Positions 1 through 15,889 are shown, counted from the stretch's first letter. The stretch: DNA of 64,000 nt from an uncultured delta proteobacterium (GCA_963804165.1 CAWDPO010000023.1:96001-160000); one strand, 5' to 3'. Numbers and translations: made by a program. Notes: generated by a model from the sequence alone, not told the origin.

Positions 1-3227
<3,227 letters not shown>

Positions 3228-3272
3228 AATCAGATCCCCTCCGATTCAAGCAACAGAACTCTATTGAGTCAG

Positions 3273-6200
3273 CTACTTCTCTTCCACCAAATCAACGTCG
3301 AGGCCTAAACTTTGCAGCTCTTTAACCATGACGTTGAAAGATTCAGGCAAGCCCGGTTCGAGCAAATTATCACCCTTGACGATCGCTTCGTACATACGCG
3401 TTCGACCAACGACGTCATCGGACTTGACCGTGAGCATTTCCTGCAGCGTATAGGCCGCCCCGTAGGCTTCCAAAGCCCAGACTTCCATCTCTCCCAATCG
3501 CTGACCACCAAATTGCGCCTTTCCCCCAAGCGGTTGCTGCGTAACAAGGGAATAGGGGCCCGTCGAACGGGCATGGATTTTGTCATCGACCAAATGATGC
3601 AGCTTCATGATGTACATGACACCGACCGTCACTTTCCCGTCAAACGATTGCCCAGATCGCCCGTCGTAGAGGGTGACCTGACCCGTCGCCGGCAATCCGG
3701 CTTTCCTCAGCAAGTTGAAAATTTCTTCTTCCGCGGCGCCGTCAAACACCGGCGAAGCGATGTGAACGCCTTCGCGGTATTTTTCCGCAAGCTTTAAAAC
3801 TTCGGGATCCTTCGCACCTTCGATCAATTCGCTCGCTTCTTTGGTGTTGAGGAAGTCTTTTAAACGTCGCCGCAACGTATCGCCGTCCTCACGATGCAGG
3901 CGCAGCATCTCATCGATTTGATGGCCGAGGCTCCGCGCGGCCCAGCCCAAATGAGCTTCGAGAATCTGGCCGACATTCATGCGCGAGGGAACACCGAGCG
4001 GATTAAGCACGACGTCAACGGGAGTTCCGTCCTCAAGATAAGGCATATCTTCTTCGGGCAAAATTCGAGAAATAACACCTTTGTTGCCATGACGGCCGGC
4101 CATCTTGTCACCGACTTGGAGCTTGCGCTTAATGGCGACGAAGACCTTGACCATCTTGATGACGCCCGGCGGCAGCTCATCGCCACCCTTAAGCTTCTCG
4201 ATCTTGTCGTCGAAGGCATGCTTGATCAGATTGACTTGGCTGGTGGTGCTGTCGATGATGCGGCTGAGTTCGTTTTCAACTGATTCGTTATCGACGCGGA
4301 TTTCGCTCCAGTACGACATCGGAAGTTGATCAAGATCTTCCTCGGTGAGCTCTTGACCCTTGTTGAGCAGCACTTTCCGGCTGTCGTCGCTGATTCGCCC
4401 AGCGAGTCGGCGGCCGATGAGCAATCTTTTCAATCGCCTGAGAGCGCCGTCCTGAAGAATGCGAACCTCGTCGTGCTGGTCCTTCCTCAAGCGAACGACC
4501 TCCTCGTCCTCGATCGCTTTGCTCCGCTCATCTTTGCCCAAACCTTTACGCGAGAAAATCCGCACGTTAATAACCGTACCCTCGACCCCGGGCGGCACCC
4601 GCAAGGACGTATCGCGCACTTCACCGGCTTTTTCACCAAAAATCGCCCGTAACAATTTTTCTTCCGGCGATAGTTGCGTTTCCCCTTTCGGCGTGATTTT
4701 GCCAACTAAAATATTGCCGGGCTTCACTTCTGCCCCGATGCGAATAATTCCACTCTCATCAAGGTCCATCAGGGCTTCATCACCGACGTTGGGTATGTCG
4801 CGGGTAATCTCTTCGGGGCCCAGCTTGGTGTCGCGTGAGACGCATTCGAATTCTTCGATGTGGATCGAGGTGTAAATATCTTCCTTGACCACCCGCTCAC
4901 TAATTAGAATTGAGTCCTCGAAGTTATAACCGCCCCATGGCATCAACGCGACTACTACGTTGCGACCCAGAGCGAGCTCGCCCATTTCTGTCGATGGTCC
5001 ATCTGCAATCACTTCACCTGCTTTAACTTGGTCGCCAACCAACACGATGGGCCTCTGGTTCATACACGTGTTTTGGTTGGACCTTTGATATTTGACCAAA
5101 TTGTAAATATCGACCCCGGTATCCCGCGGACCTGATGTCTTATCGGCTTTAATCACGATCCGGGTCGAATCCACACTTTCCACCACACCATCGCGCCGCA
5201 CTACGACCGTGACACCGGAATCGCGGGCCACGGTTTTTTCCATGCCGGTGCCGACGAGGGGCGCCTCAGTTCTAAGGAGCGGCACCGCCTGGCGTTGCAT
5301 ATTGGAACCCATGAGCGCGCGGTTGGCGTCGTCGTTTTCCAAAAAGGGAATCAACGAAGCTGCCACGCTCACCAGTTGGTTCGGTGAGACGTCCATGAAG
5401 TTGATCTCTTCGGGACGCGCCATGACAAACTCACCGCCCTTGCGGGCCGAAATCAAGTCCACGGTGAAATTTCCGCGGCCGTCGATGGGCGCATTGGCCT
5501 GAGCGATCACATGGTCTTCCTCTTCCAGAGCGGATAGATAGCGAATGCGATCCGTCACCCGGCCGCTTTCTACTTCACGGTAAGGGGTCTCGATAAAGCC
5601 GAAATCATTGACGCGAGCATACGTCGTGAGAGAGGCGATCAATCCGATGTTCGGACCTTCCGGCGTCTCGATCGGACAAACTCGACCATAATGCGTCGGA
5701 TGCACGTCGCGGACTTCAAACCCCGCCCGTTCACGGGTCAAACCGCCTGGGCCCAAAGCAGAGAGCCTCCGCTTGTGCGTGATTTCCGATAGCGGGTTGG
5801 TTTGGTCCATAAATTGAGAAAGCTGGCTAGAACCGAAAAACTCCTTGAGGGCCGCCGAAACGGGTTTGTAGTTGATCAGCTCCTGCGGCATCAAGGTTTC
5901 AATATCCTGCAGGCTCATCTTTTCTTTAATCGCCCGCTCCATGCGCACCAAGCCGACACGGAAGTGGTTCTCCACGAGCTCACCAACGGCGCGCACCCTG
6001 CGGTTGCCGAGATGATCGATATCGTCCACCGATCCATTGCCGTTCTTGAGTTCCATCAAGTAACGCACGACTTCGAGAATATCCTCCTTGCGCAACGTCC
6101 CCTGCTCGAGGGGCACGTTGAGCCTCAGCCGGTGATTGAGTTTGAGCCGACCCACTTTGGAAAGATCATAGCGGTCTGGGTTAAAAAACAAATTGTTAAA

Positions 6201-7376
6201 GAAATTCGTCGCCGACTCGACCGTCGGTGGATCCCCCGGCCGCAAGCGGCGATAGATCTCAAGGATCGCATCTTGGGGAGATTTAATGCGATCTTGGAGC
6301 AAAGTGTTACGCAAATATGGGCCGACGCTGGACTCGTCGATGAACAACACATCGACTTGATGGATTCCCTTGTCCCGAATGAGGTCGAGTTTTTCCTGGG
6401 TAATTTCGTGATTGCACTCGACCAACACTTCCTTGGTCTGCGGGTCGACAATATCGTGAGCCGCGACTCGTCCTAGAATATCTTCCCAAACCACAGGAAC
6501 CTGCTTCAATTTAGCAGTTTCCATTTGGCGCAGGATCGGGCGCGTAAATTTCTTGCCTTCTTTAACGATCATGTCGTTAGTTTTCGGGTCGCGGACATCC
6601 GCGCTCACTTTAGCGTTCAACAAGTGACTCGCATTGAAAACCAGCGCCGGCTTGCGTCCGTCAAACACCACGGTATCGCTCTTGTAATAGTAGTTCAGCA
6701 GGTCTTCCGTGGTCATGCCGAGCGCACGCAACAGCACCGTGGCGTGAAACTTACGCCGCCGGTCGATACGCACGTAGAGAATATCACGAGGATCAAATTC
6801 GAGATCCACCCATGAGCCCCTGTACGGGATGACGCGCGCCGAATATAGCAGCTTCCCGCTGGCATGCGTTTTCCCTTTGTCGTGCTCGAAGAAAACTCCG
6901 GGAGAGCGGTGCAGCTGACTGACGATCACCCGCTCAGTGCCGTTGATCATGAACGTCCCGTTGATGGTCATCAGCGGAATTTCACCAAAATAGACTTCCT
7001 GCTCCTTGACATTTTTGATACTGCGCGAGCCGGTCTGCTGATCGACGTCCCACAGCACCAGCTGCACGGTGACCTTCAAAGGCGCGGCGTACGTCATGCC
7101 GCGTTGGTGGCACTCTTCCACATCGTATTTGGGTTCGCCCAACGAAAAGCTGACAAACTCCAGAGATGCGGTCTCGTTAAAGTCCTTGATCGGAAAAACG
7201 GATTTAAAAACTTCCTGCAAACCCATGTTCTGACGCTCCATCGGAGCTGCGTCTTTTTGCAGGAACAGCTCGTAAGAGTTCTTTTGAATCTCAATCAAAT
7301 AAGGAAGATCGATAATTTTTCGGATCCTCCCGAAGGTACGGCGAAATCGTAAATTATTGGCAACTTGAAATGCCAT
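3273..7376 (-). CDS. rpoB: DNA-directed RNA polymerase beta subunit
   Basis: 1367 aa with [27 protein letters not shown] and [17 protein letters not shown] motifs. Confidence 0.99.
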   Translation of the reverse strand: MAFQVANNLRFRRTFGRIRKIIDLPYLIEIQKNSYELFLQKDAAPMERQNMGLQEVFKSVFPIKDFNETASLEFVSFSLGEPKYDVEECHQRGMTYAAPLKVTVQLVLWDVDQQTGSRSIKNVKEQEVYFGEIPLMTINGTFMINGTERVIVSQLHRSPGVFFEHDKGKTHASGKLLYSARVIPYRGSWVDLEFDPRDILYVRIDRRRKFHATVLLRALGMTTEDLLNYYYKSDTVVFDGRKPALVFNASHLLNAKVSADVRDPKTNDMIVKEGKKFTRPILRQMETAKLKQVPVVWEDILGRVAAHDIVDPQTKEVLVECNHEITQEKLDLIRDKGIHQVDVLFIDESSVGPYLRNTLLQDRIKSPQDAILEIYRRLRPGDPPTVESATNFFNNLFFNPDRYDLSKVGRLKLNHRLRLNVPLEQGTLRKEDILEVVRYLMELKNGNGSVDDIDHLGNRRVRAVGELVENHFRVGLVRMERAIKEKMSLQDIETLMPQELINYKPVSAALKEFFGSSQLSQFMDQTNPLSEITHKRRLSALGPGGLTRERAGFEVRDVHPTHYGRVCPIETPEGPNIGLIASLTTYARVNDFGFIETPYREVESGRVTDRIRYLSALEEEDHVIAQANAPIDGRGNFTVDLISARKGGEFVMARPEEINFMDVSPNQLVSVAASLIPFLENDDANRALMGSNMQRQAVPLLRTEAPLVGTGMEKTVARDSGVTVVVRRDGVVESVDSTRIVIKADKTSGPRDTGVDIYNLVKYQRSNQNTCMNQRPIVLVGDQVKAGEVIADGPSTEMGELALGRNVVVALMPWGGYNFEDSILISERVVKEDIYTSIHIEEFECVSRDTKLGPEEITRDIPNVGDEALMDLDESGIIRIGAEVKPGNILVGKITPKGETQLSPEEKLLRAIFGEKAGEVRDTSLRVPPGVEGTVINVRIFSRKGLGKDERSKAIEDEEVVRLRKDQHDEVRILQDGALRRLKRLLIGRRLAGRISDDSRKVLLNKGQELTEEDLDQLPMSYWSEIRVDNESVENELSRIIDSTTSQVNLIKHAFDDKIEKLKGGDELPPGVIKMVKVFVAIKRKLQVGDKMAGRHGNKGVISRILPEEDMPYLEDGTPVDVVLNPLGVPSRMNVGQILEAHLGWAARSLGHQIDEMLRLHREDGDTLRRRLKDFLNTKEASELIEGAKDPEVLKLAEKYREGVHIASPVFDGAAEEEIFNLLRKAGLPATGQVTLYDGRSGQSFDGKVTVGVMYIMKLHHLVDDKIHARSTGPYSLVTQQPLGGKAQFGGQRLGEMEVWALEAYGAAYTLQEMLTVKSDDVVGRTRMYEAIVKGDNLLEPGLPESFNVMVKELQSLGLDVDLVEEK

Positions 7377-7450
7377 GGACTCTCCTCTGTCGAACTTGCG
7401 GTCAACAATCCATCAGAACAAATTCACCGGTAAGCACAGCCTGAAGCGGT

Positions 7451-7828
7451 CTACTTGATTTCAACTTTTGCACCCTGCTCTTCGAGTTTCTTCTTGATGG
7501 TTTCGGCTTCCGCTTTGGCCACTGCTTCCTTTACTGTTTTTGGTGCGCCATCGACGAGATCTTTGGCTTCCTTGAGGCCTAATCCAGTGAGCTCACGTAC
7601 GACTTTGATGACCTGAATCTTTTTCTCGCCGGTTTCGGCAAGTATGACGTTGAATTCAGTCTTCTCTTCCGCTGCCGCCGCCGGTCCCCCAGCTGCTGCT
7701 GCGACAGCCACCGGAGCCGCCGCGCTCACGCCCAGCTCCTCCTCCAATTCCTTGACTAGAGCCGCCGCGTCCATCAAAGTCATGTTCTTGATGAAATCCT
7801 TAACCTGCTCTCTCGATACACCTTCCAT
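7451..7828 (-). CDS. rplL: 50S ribosomal protein L7/L12
   Basis: Ala-rich hinge and C-terminal domain EEKTEF...[11 protein letters not shown]. Confidence 0.98.
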   Translation of the reverse strand: MEGVSREQVKDFIKNMTLMDAAALVKELEEELGVSAAAPVAVAAAAGGPAAAAEEKTEFNVILAETGEKKIQVIKVVRELTGLGLKEAKDLVDGAPKTVKEAVAKAEAETIKKKLEEQGAKVEIK

Positions 7829-7868
7829 AAAGACTTCCCCCTTTGCTTATTGCCGCTTAAAATTAATT

Positions 7869-8411
7869 TTATTCAAATTTTGCTTTGCGCAATGATTCAA
7901 TAACTCGGACCATTCTCGCTCCGGGTTCTTGAATGAGCCGGAGCAGATGTGTTGCGGGAGCATTGATCATCGCCAAGAGCTTTGCCTGAAGCTCGGGCTT
8001 GCTCGGCATCTGCGACAACACCTTAACTCCGGTCGGATCCATGAAGCGCCCTTCAAAGACACCGCCTTTAATCTTCAGCTTGTCATGATCGTCCCCAAAC
8101 TTGACCAGCGCCTTGGACAAAACCACTGGATCGTCGTAGGCAAACACCCAGCCGTTTGGCCCTTCCAGGAGTTTCTCCAGATCACCGAACGCGGTACCGT
8201 CGAGCGCGCGCCGCACGAGTGTATTCTTGATCACTTGGTATTCGCCTGAGGCGTCACGAATCTCCCGGCGCAGCCGAGTCATCTGAGCAACGCTCAGTCC
8301 GCGATATTCGGTAACTATTGCCATCTTCGCCGTCTTAAGCCTTTGATGGACGGCGTCGACAGTTTCACCTTTTTCGCTATGGCCAGCGCGGACAACTTGC
8401 GGTTCCGACAT
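7869..8411 (-). CDS. rplJ: 50S ribosomal protein L10
   Basis: YRGLSV...LRR...VIKNTL motif; lies between rplA and rplL. Confidence 0.96.
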   Translation of the reverse strand: MSEPQVVRAGHSEKGETVDAVHQRLKTAKMAIVTEYRGLSVAQMTRLRREIRDASGEYQVIKNTLVRRALDGTAFGDLEKLLEGPNGWVFAYDDPVVLSKALVKFGDDHDKLKIKGGVFEGRFMDPTGVKVLSQMPSKPELQAKLLAMINAPATHLLRLIQEPGARMVRVIESLRKAKFE

Positions 8412-8471
8412 TCTATTCTCCCTAAGGTCGATGCACGATCATGCAATTATCGATTATTCTCCAAGCGCGGG

Positions 8472-9176
8472 CTACGCGGCCATGGCGCGAATTTGCGCTA
8501 GATCGATTTTGATTCCGGGACCCATCGTGGTAGCAACCGTCACACCTTTGACGTAGTTACCTTTGGCGGACGCGGGCTTCGCGCGCAGAATTGAATTCAG
8601 CACTGCTTGGGCGTTGTCGATCAATTGCTCGGCGCCGAAGGAAGCTTTGCCAACCGGCACATGAACGATGCCGGCTTTATCGACTCGGAATTCCAGCTTG
8701 CCGGCTTTGATTTCTTTCACAGCTTTGCCGATATCGATGGCGACCGTGCCGGTTTTTGGGTTTGGCATTAGACCACGCGGACCGAGGATCTTACCAATGC
8801 GCCCGACCGCGCCCATCATATCCGGCGTGGCGACCGCTTTATCAAAGTCCAGCCAGCCTTCGCTGATCTTTTTGATCAGCTCGTCACTGCCGACGAAATC
8901 AGCGCCCGCATCTTGAGCTTCCTTTTCTTTGTCCCCCTTAGCGAAGGCCAGGACACGCACGCTTTTTCCCATGCCGTGCGGCAACGTCACGGTGCCGCGG
9001 ATGTTCTGATCGGCCTGACGGGGATCAACACCCAAGCGGATCGCCATTTCGACAGTCTCATCAAACTTGGCACGGGCAGTTTCCTTCGCTAGACGCAGGC
9101 TATCTTCCAGTAGATAACGCTGGCTGCGATCTATTTTTTCCAGTGCCGCGCGATAAGTCTTGCCGGGTCCACTCAT
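8472..9176 (-). CDS. rplA: 50S ribosomal protein L1
   Basis: [27 protein letters not shown] motifs. Confidence 0.98.
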   Translation of the reverse strand: MSGPGKTYRAALEKIDRSQRYLLEDSLRLAKETARAKFDETVEMAIRLGVDPRQADQNIRGTVTLPHGMGKSVRVLAFAKGDKEKEAQDAGADFVGSDELIKKISEGWLDFDKAVATPDMMGAVGRIGKILGPRGLMPNPKTGTVAIDIGKAVKEIKAGKLEFRVDKAGIVHVPVGKASFGAEQLIDNAQAVLNSILRAKPASAKGNYVKGVTVATTMGPGIKIDLAQIRAMAA

Positions 9177-9246
9177 AGTTTTCTCCTAAACCGGGGGCGC
9201 TTGTAATATTCTTCGCACGATGGGCCGCTCAAATGGTCCAAAACCT

Positions 9247-9672
9247 TTAGCCGTCGACTTCCAAACCGATACTTCGCGCTGTACCCTCGATGGACTTCTC
9301 CGCGGCGGCCAAATCTTTGGCGGTTAGATCCTTGAATTTCAGTTCGGCAATCTGTCTGACCTGTGCTCGAGTGACTTTCCCTACTGCGGTTTTCCCGGTT
9401 TCGGACGAACCCTTTTCAAGGCCAGCGGCTTTTTTGAGCAACACCGAAGCCGGAGGAGTCTTGGTGATAAATGTAAACGAACGGTCCGCGTAAACGGTGA
9501 TAATGACAGGAGTTATCATTCCTTGCTGGGCCTGAGTTGCGGCATTGAACGATTTGCAGAACTCCATGATGTTGACGCCACGCTGACCCAGTGCTGGACC
9601 CACCGGCGGACTCGGGTTAGCTTGTCCCGCCGGGATCTGCAGTTTGACCTCGCCGATGACTTTCTTCGCCAT
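9247..9672 (-). CDS. rplK: 50S ribosomal protein L11
   Basis: [23 protein letters not shown] motif. Confidence 0.98.
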   Translation of the reverse strand: MAKKVIGEVKLQIPAGQANPSPPVGPALGQRGVNIMEFCKSFNAATQAQQGMITPVIITVYADRSFTFITKTPPASVLLKKAAGLEKGSSETGKTAVGKVTRAQVRQIAELKFKDLTAKDLAAAEKSIEGTARSIGLEVDG

Positions 9673-9689
9673 GTAAACGACCCCTCTGA

Positions 9690-10220
9690 CTAATTACGTT
9701 CCACCTGGACGAACTCAAGTTCGACAGGTGTTGCCCGTCCAAATATGCTAATCAATACTCTGAGCTTACCCTTGTCCGGTTTGACCTCTTCTACAACGCC
9801 GTTGAAATCGGCGAAGGGTCCGTCGATCACCTTCACGTTCTCGCCCACTGAAAATAAAACTCGAGGTTTTGGCTTGATCGCCCCTTCTTCCATTTGCTGG
9901 GTAATCGCTCTCACCTCTTCGTCACTTACCGGGGGAGGATTCGTGCTGCCACCGACAAATCCAGTAACCTTGGGAGTTTCTTTTACGACGTGCCATGTCT
10001 CATCGTTCAATTCCATTTGAACGAGAATATAGCCGGGAAAAAATTTGCGCGAAGAAGTTTTCTTCTTACCCTTGACCAACTCGACAACCTTTTCGACCGG
10101 CACCATAATCTCGCCGAAATAATCCTGCTTCCCCAGGGATCGAATACGCTCCTCAAGTGCCGCCTTGGCCTTTTGTTCATAGCCCGAAAACGTGTGCACG
10201 ATGTACCACTGTTTCGCCAT
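9690..10220 (-). CDS. nusG: transcription termination/antitermination factor NusG
   Basis: [16 protein letters not shown] and KOW domain GPFADF...[10 protein letters not shown]. Confidence 0.98.
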   Translation of the reverse strand: MAKQWYIVHTFSGYEQKAKAALEERIRSLGKQDYFGEIMVPVEKVVELVKGKKKTSSRKFFPGYILVQMELNDETWHVVKETPKVTGFVGGSTNPPPVSDEEVRAITQQMEEGAIKPKPRVLFSVGENVKVIDGPFADFNGVVEEVKPDKGKLRVLISIFGRATPVELEFVQVERN

Positions 10221-10238
10221 ACGTAAGCGCCTATGAAT

Positions 10239-10454
10239 TCACCCGATGATCGCCTGAATTGCTTTCGTCAACGCCAAATCAATCGCGGCCAGATACACCG
10301 AGATGAGCACCACGACGATAATCACAACCAGGGTCGCCGCATAAGTTTCCTTACGCGTAGGCCAATAAACTTTTTTTAGCTCCTGCCACGACTCCTTGAA
10401 AAACTCGGCGGCGTGCCTAGCGCCGTCCTGGATTTTTTGAATCCAATCCCCCAT
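10239..10454 (-). CDS. secE: preprotein translocase subunit SecE
   Basis: ELKKVYWPTRKE motif plus one TM helix. Start placed at ATG 10454 because the longer ORF overlaps tRNA-Trp. Confidence 0.95.
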   Translation of the reverse strand: MGDWIQKIQDGARHAAEFFKESWQELKKVYWPTRKETYAATLVVIIVVVLISVYLAAIDLALTKAIQAIIG

Positions 10455-10475
10455 GAGATACAAAATCCAATGAGA

Positions 10476-10552
10476 TGGCGGGTCAGGCAGGACTCGAACC
10501 TGCAACAACCGGATTTGGAGTCCGGCGCTCTACCAATTGGAGCTACTGACCC
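10476..10552 (-). tRNA. tRNA-Trp (CCA)
   Basis: Cloverleaf GGGTCAG...CT-CCA-AA...GTTCGAGTC...CTGACCCGCCA. Confidence 0.96.
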
Positions 10553-10564
10553 CCTGTATCTCCG

Positions 10565-10717
10565 TTAGACTTTAACCTCACGATGCAGGGTGTGGACGCG
10601 GCAAGAAGCACAAAACTTCTTGAGTGACAATTTGTCCGTGGTTTTCTTCCGGTTTTTTGTTGACGTGTAATTTTTACGCTTGCATTGGTCGCAAGCAAAC
10701 CCGACGAGTTCACGCAT
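10565..10717 (-). CDS. rpmG: 50S ribosomal protein L33 (zinc-binding CxxC form)
   Basis: Manual translation MRELVGFACDQCKRKNYTSTKNRKKTTDKLSLKKFCASCRVHTLHREVKV*; too short for the ORF track. Confidence 0.96.
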   Translation of the reverse strand: MRELVGFACDQCKRKNYTSTKNRKKTTDKLSLKKFCASCRVHTLHREVKV

Positions 10718-10751
10718 AGCCCCAACCTCCCTTGGCCGCCATCAAGTTATT

Positions 10752-11942
10752 TTATTGAATGATTTTTGTAACCACTCCCGCGCCGACGGTCCGGCCACCT
10801 TCACGAATAGCGAACTTTAATCCATCATCCATGGCGACAGGTGTGATCAATTCGATTTCCACGTTGATGTTATCACCCGGCATAACCATTTCAGTACCCT
10901 CAGGCAACTTCACGACCCCCGTCACGTCCGTCGTGCGGAAAAAGAATTGCGGCCGATAACCATTGAAAAAAGGTGTATGCCGGCCACCTTCTTCTTTGGT
11001 CAGAACGTAAGCCTCTGCGTTAAATCTATTGTGCGGCGTAATGCTGCCTGGCTTAGCCAAAACCTGGCCACGCTCCACTTCCTCTCGCTTGGTACCCCGG
11101 AGTAGGACACCGATATTGTCACCAGCTTGCCCCTCGTCCAGCAGTTTTCGGAACATTTCCACACCCGTGGCCACGGTTTTTAGAGTTGCTTTGAAGCCGA
11201 CAATTTCGATTTCCTCACCAACTTTTACAATACCGCGCTCCACACGTCCCGTAACAACTGTGCCGCGTCCACTGATCGTAAACACGTCCTCGACCGGCAT
11301 CAGAAAAGGCCTGTCGATATCGCGTATGGGTTCTTGAATGAATGAATCCACTGCTTCCATGAGTTTTAAGATCGCGCCTTCCCCCATTTCAGATGTATCA
11401 CCTTCAAGCGCCTTCAATGCACTGCCGATGACGATAGGAGTATCGTCACCCGGAAACTTGTATTTTGAGAGCAGTTCGCGGACTTCAAGTTCGACAAGTT
11501 CCAAGAGTTCTTTGTCATCCACCATATCTGCTTTGTTAAGAAAGACGACGATCGCGGGTACTCCGACTTGGCGCGCCAATAAGATATGTTCGCGTGTCTG
11601 AGGCATCGGTCCGTCAGCCGCCGAGACAACCAGAATCGCTCCGTCCATCTGCGCCGCGCCGGTAATCATATTTTTGACATAGTCAGCGTGGCCTGGACAG
11701 TCGACATGAGCGTAATGACGTTTATCGGTCTCGTACTCGACGTGGGCGATATTGATCGTGACGCCGCGCTCTCTTTCTTCAGGCGCTTTGTCGATCTGAT
11801 CGTAGGCAAGAAACTTGGCCTTACCCGACTTCTCCAAAACTTTTGTGATCGCTGCGGTTAAAGTCGTCTTACCGTGATCGACGTGACCAATCGTGCCGAT
11901 ATTAAGGTGCGGCTTTTTACGCTCAAACTTCTGCTTGCTCAT
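10752..11942 (-). CDS. tuf: elongation factor Tu
   Basis: [24 protein letters not shown] and NKAD motifs; 396 aa. Confidence 0.99.
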   Translation of the reverse strand: MSKQKFERKKPHLNIGTIGHVDHGKTTLTAAITKVLEKSGKAKFLAYDQIDKAPEERERGVTINIAHVEYETDKRHYAHVDCPGHADYVKNMITGAAQMDGAILVVSAADGPMPQTREHILLARQVGVPAIVVFLNKADMVDDKELLELVELEVRELLSKYKFPGDDTPIVIGSALKALEGDTSEMGEGAILKLMEAVDSFIQEPIRDIDRPFLMPVEDVFTISGRGTVVTGRVERGIVKVGEEIEIVGFKATLKTVATGVEMFRKLLDEGQAGDNIGVLLRGTKREEVERGQVLAKPGSITPHNRFNAEAYVLTKEEGGRHTPFFNGYRPQFFFRTTDVTGVVKLPEGTEMVMPGDNINVEIELITPVAMDDGLKFAIREGGRTVGAGVVTKIIQ

Positions 11943-12021
11943 CTCATCCTCCTATTGATTAACAGTGCATCAATTCGTAAAATTCAAGATTTCTAACCGG
12001 CGTATTTCACGATCTGGGCAA

Positions 12022-12094
12022 AGCCCAGGAGCGGGATCGAACCGCCGACCTCGTCCTTACCAAGGACGTGCTCTACCGACTGAGCTACCTGGGC
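12022..12094 (-). tRNA. tRNA-Thr (GGT), CCA end not encoded
   Basis: GCCCAGGTAGCTCAG...CT-GGT-AA...GTTCGATCCCGCTCCTGGGCT. Confidence 0.95.
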
Positions 12095-12184
12095 ATAACA
12101 CTCGACCACTTGCAGAATGTGGCTTTCTCGCATCCGAACGGCAGCTCTGAGCTCTGGCCACATAGTTACCATCGATAAGCAAAA

Positions 12185-12260
12185 TGGAGCGGGAAACGGG
12201 ACTCGAACCCGCGACCCCAAGCTTGGAAGGCTTGCGCTCTACCAACTGAGCTATTCCCGC
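12185..12260 (-). tRNA. tRNA-Gly (TCC)
   Basis: GCGGGAATAGCTCAG...CT-TCC-AA...TTCCCGCTCCA. Confidence 0.96.
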
Positions 12261-12270
12261 TTACGAAATA

Positions 12271-12355
<85 letters not shown>

Positions 12356-12410
12356 CTATTTCCCTTCACCCCACTTAAACCATTACCTTTTTTCAGAAAA
12401 TGTGCTGTAC

Positions 12411-12485
12411 TGGAGCTGGCGATAGGATTTGAACCTACAACCTGCTGATTACAAATCAGCTGCTCTACCGTTGAGCTACGCCAGC
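12411..12485 (-). tRNA. tRNA-Thr (TGT)
   Basis: GCTGGCGTAGCTCA...TT-TGT-AA...CGCCAGCTCCA; first of the canonical Thr-Tyr-Gly-Thr-tuf cluster. Confidence 0.96.
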
Positions 12486-12754
12486 TTGGCTCACGCTAAC
12501 GCAAACTAGCGGCAGCCCAAATCGCCAAAAAATAACGACATAGAGGCTGCTTGAAATAACATTTTCAGTTATAAACCCGATCGTCAGACCAAACACCAAT
12601 TAAAGCCCAGACAAACGAAGCCCCCAAGGTGACGTTCCCCTTTTGTAACCGGGTATTTAAAGCACCTTCACTTATCCATGTCAACAGCCAGGGATGCCAA
12701 TTCGCATAAATTCTTAGCATCTACCCTATTTTCGTCCTTTAGTTCAGCCAAGTC

Positions 12755-13507
12755 CTATTTTGTGGTTAGGCCTTGACGGAGAAGTTCGTACAAAAAAACC
12801 GCTCCCGCCGCCCCTACATTCAGAGACGTAACCTTTCCAAGCATTGGAATCGATACCAAAAAATCACACTCCCGTAGAATCACCGGGCGAACCCCCTTAC
12901 CTTCACTCCCTAGAACGATCGCCAGACGCGACGGATACCTCGTATCATAAATACTTTGCCGGCTATCTGCATCGAGACCAGTAATCCAAAACCCACGCCC
13001 CTTTAGCTCCACTAGAACTCGGCGAAGATTGGTAACTCTAGCTATCTCCAAGTGGTAGATTGCTCCCGCCGATGCTTTTACTGCCAACGGTGTGACCTCA
13101 GCGGATCGATCTTTGGGAATTACAACATAGTGAATTCCGACGGCCTCCGCAGTTCGTAACAGCGCGCCAAAATTCCGTGGATCAGTCAAACCATCGAGAA
13201 TCAAAATCCATTCCGGATTCAATGGCTCGGAGGTTCGTTCTAGTAAGACTTCGAACGGCAAGTATCGGTACGCCTTAACCTTCGCAATGACCCCTTGGTG
13301 TCGTTGGCCACCAACAAGTCGGTCTAGAATCTGACGCCTCTCCGTGACGACCTGCAGGCCCCGTCCCATGGCTTCTTGCCTGATCAAGCGTAACGCAGAA
13401 CGATCGGGACCGTCAGAAATTAGTATCTCCAAAATATCATCGGCGGAGGCCTGGAGTTTTTCCAGAACCGGGTTCACGCCGAACACGATGTTTTGGTTTT
13501 TTGACAT
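12755..13507 (-). CDS. rlmB: 23S rRNA (guanosine-2'-O)-methyltransferase RlmB (TrmH/SPOUT family)
   Basis: HQGV, LDGLTDPRNFGALLRTA, LGSEGKG and IPMLGKVTSLNV motifs. Confidence 0.93.
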   Translation of the reverse strand: MSKNQNIVFGVNPVLEKLQASADDILEILISDGPDRSALRLIRQEAMGRGLQVVTERRQILDRLVGGQRHQGVIAKVKAYRYLPFEVLLERTSEPLNPEWILILDGLTDPRNFGALLRTAEAVGIHYVVIPKDRSAEVTPLAVKASAGAIYHLEIARVTNLRRVLVELKGRGFWITGLDADSRQSIYDTRYPSRLAIVLGSEGKGVRPVILRECDFLVSIPMLGKVTSLNVGAAGAVFLYELLRQGLTTK

Positions 13508-13571
13508 CAGCGGATGCTAACTTGACAGGGGCAATTTACAAAGCATGCTTCACCGGTTAACATGCCCGCAC

Positions 13572-14771
13572 GTGAAGCGAAAAATCCTATTTCGATATCT
13601 TGTTTCCGAAATTGTTCCGCCTTTTTTTCTCGGCCTATTGGCATTTACTTCGGTGCTATTGATCGCGCGAATCTTGAAGCTGATCGAATTGGTGGTCACG
13701 CGCGGTGTTCCCTTTATCCAGATCGGCAAACTCTTTTCCTTGATTCTGCCAACCTTTTTAGAGATGACCGTGCCGATGGCGTTTTTGCTCGCGATACTAT
13801 TGGGATTGGGACGCATGTCGAATGACCAAGAGCTCCTCGCGATGAAAGCGTCGGGAGTGAGTCCGAATCAAATTCTTTGGCCCATCGCATCTCTGGCTTT
13901 GGTCATCGCGGCGGCAACGCTGTTCTTAACGATGTTTGCCCGTCCGGCTGCGAACTTTGCACTAAAAAGGGAACTTTACAATATCGCGAAGAATCGCGTT
14001 GGAACCGCTCTCAAGGAAAAAGTATTCAACGACGACTTTCCCAAAATCTTGATCTACGTAGAGGAAATCGTCCCTCCAGGAAACACCGCCCAGGGCGTGT
14101 TGATTGTCGACAGGCGAGATAAGGCGCGCGAAGACATCATACTCGGAAAGGTTGCCCGCATCTCCACTGACGAAGAAACCAATACACTCGGCCTCAGACT
14201 TTTCGACGGTTCCATCTACGAGCGTGAAAAGACCCGCCCCGGATTCAGCCAAACCCGTTTCAATATTTATGATTTCAAACTTGACCTCGATGACCTCATC
14301 GGCCCGGTTCGGCAGAAAGAATCGGGACCTAAAGAAATGCAGGTGTCGGAATTACTCAATGCAATGGAAGCCAAGCGAGTCCGCGGCGTCAAAACAATCG
14401 CCGAAAGAATGGAGTTGCACCAAAGGATCTCGTTTGGCTTCGCCCCGCTGGTATTTTGCTTACTCGGAGTGTCGCTGGCTCTAATCCCCCGAACTTCCCG
14501 CACCAATAGATCGTGGGGTTTCATGCTTTGCCTTTTTTGGCTCGTGACTTATTACGCGCTTTTGTCTCTCGGAAAAGCACTTGGTGATAAGACGATACTC
14601 CATCCCATTCCCGCGGTTTGGTTACCGAATGTTGTGGTCGGTGGCATTGGATTGCAATTCTTCAGGCATGCACTTCGGGAATCGCCGCTCATGTTACCTC
14701 CAGCGCTGGAACGCGCCACCGCCTCCGCTGGCCGGCTTTTGCGAGATCTCAAGCCGAAGAAACGCAGCTGA
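13572..14771 (+). CDS. lptF: LPS export ABC transporter permease LptF
   Basis: YjgP/YjgQ pattern with LGRMSNDQELLAMKASGVS and WLPN; probable GTG start at 13572. Confidence 0.9.
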   Translation: MKRKILFRYLVSEIVPPFFLGLLAFTSVLLIARILKLIELVVTRGVPFIQIGKLFSLILPTFLEMTVPMAFLLAILLGLGRMSNDQELLAMKASGVSPNQILWPIASLALVIAAATLFLTMFARPAANFALKRELYNIAKNRVGTALKEKVFNDDFPKILIYVEEIVPPGNTAQGVLIVDRRDKAREDIILGKVARISTDEETNTLGLRLFDGSIYEREKTRPGFSQTRFNIYDFKLDLDDLIGPVRQKESGPKEMQVSELLNAMEAKRVRGVKTIAERMELHQRISFGFAPLVFCLLGVSLALIPRTSRTNRSWGFMLCLFWLVTYYALLSLGKALGDKTILHPIPAVWLPNVVVGGIGLQFFRHALRESPLMLPPALERATASAGRLLRDLKPKKRS

Positions 14772-14779
14772 AAGCGCCC

Positions 14780-15889
14780 ATGACAAACAGGATCTCATTC
14801 AAGTTCCTCCCTGTTGCCGGAATCTTAGACCGATATGTAGCCGCTGGCTTCCTGCGAATATTTTTCACTAGCCTAATGGTGGTGACTTTACTCTACGTCA
14901 CGGTTGATTTTTTTGAGCGAATTGGAACGCTGCTCGATACCGGGGCAACCCTCTCAAGCATCGCACGCTATTTTCTATTTAAAGCGCCTCTCTTGATCTC
15001 GCGCGTCGTGGGGTTCGCGACTCTATTTTCGACTCTATTTTGCTTCAGCACGCTAGCCCGTTCCCGAGAGCTCACCGCGATCCGTGCTAGTGGCATCACC
15101 GTGCAACGAATTGCCTTACCGCTGCTGATCCTTTCTATAATCATTTGCGGCTTCACTTTTGTCTGGAATGAGACTCTCGTGCCTGCATTCACTCACAGCG
15201 CTCAAAATATTTACAAGACCGAAATCAAGAATAAACAACAACAAAGTCTTTTGGGAACCCACGATATTTGGATCCGCGGAGAAGGCAGCTTTATCAACGT
15301 GGACTATTTCGACACTCGAACCGCCACTCTTGAGAATGTCACCGTCTTTCTTCTCAACCGTGACTTCAGTTTGCGCGGGCTCGTGGAAATACCGAAGGTC
15401 CAATGGACAAAAGACGGTTGGAAGGCCGCCGCCGCGACGGAGTGGAGTTTATTAGCGGACGGTAAGATGACTCGACGGGAGACGGAGGCGGCTCTGCCCA
15501 TTTCTGAAACGCCAGAAGACCTCAAGCTGTTAGCACGCGACGTTGAAGAATTTACGTTCTTTGATTTACAAAAACAGATTGCGGATATGAAAAGTAAAGG
15601 GATTGATACCACTTACTATGAAGTCGATCTCCAGACGAAGTTGGCACTTCCGTTTATCTCGCCGTTGATGGTTCTGCTCGCGATTCCCTTCGCACTTAAA
15701 AGGCAACTGAGCGGCGGTCTTTCACTTAGCTTCGGACTCGCCATGATCATAGGCTTTGGATACTGGGTTTTAACCGCTTTTTGCGTGTCCCTCGGCCATA
15801 GCGGCGCGATGCCATCATGGATATCTGCTTGGACACCTAACGCGATATTTGCACTGATTGGTCTGTTTTTTTTCACGGCGGAGGAGTGA
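14780..15889 (+). CDS. lptG: LPS export ABC transporter permease LptG
   Basis: ILDRYV, ELTAIRASGI and AWTPN motifs; tandem with lptF. Confidence 0.9.
   Translation: MTNRISFKFLPVAGILDRYVAAGFLRIFFTSLMVVTLLYVTVDFFERIGTLLDTGATLSSIARYFLFKAPLLISRVVGFATLFSTLFCFSTLARSRELTAIRASGITVQRIALPLLILSIIICGFTFVWNETLVPAFTHSAQNIYKTEIKNKQQQSLLGTHDIWIRGEGSFINVDYFDTRTATLENVTVFLLNRDFSLRGLVEIPKVQWTKDGWKAAAATEWSLLADGKMTRRETEAALPISETPEDLKLLARDVEEFTFFDLQKQIADMKSKGIDTTYYEVDLQTKLALPFISPLMVLLAIPFALKRQLSGGLSLSFGLAMIIGFGYWVLTAFCVSLGHSGAMPSWISAWTPNAIFALIGLFFFTAEE

Noticed and set aside
12022-12094. tRNA-Thr(GGT) lacking an encoded CCA as a sign of an integration scar
   Set aside because: The cluster order is canonical, there is no duplicated 3' end, and CCA is commonly added enzymatically.
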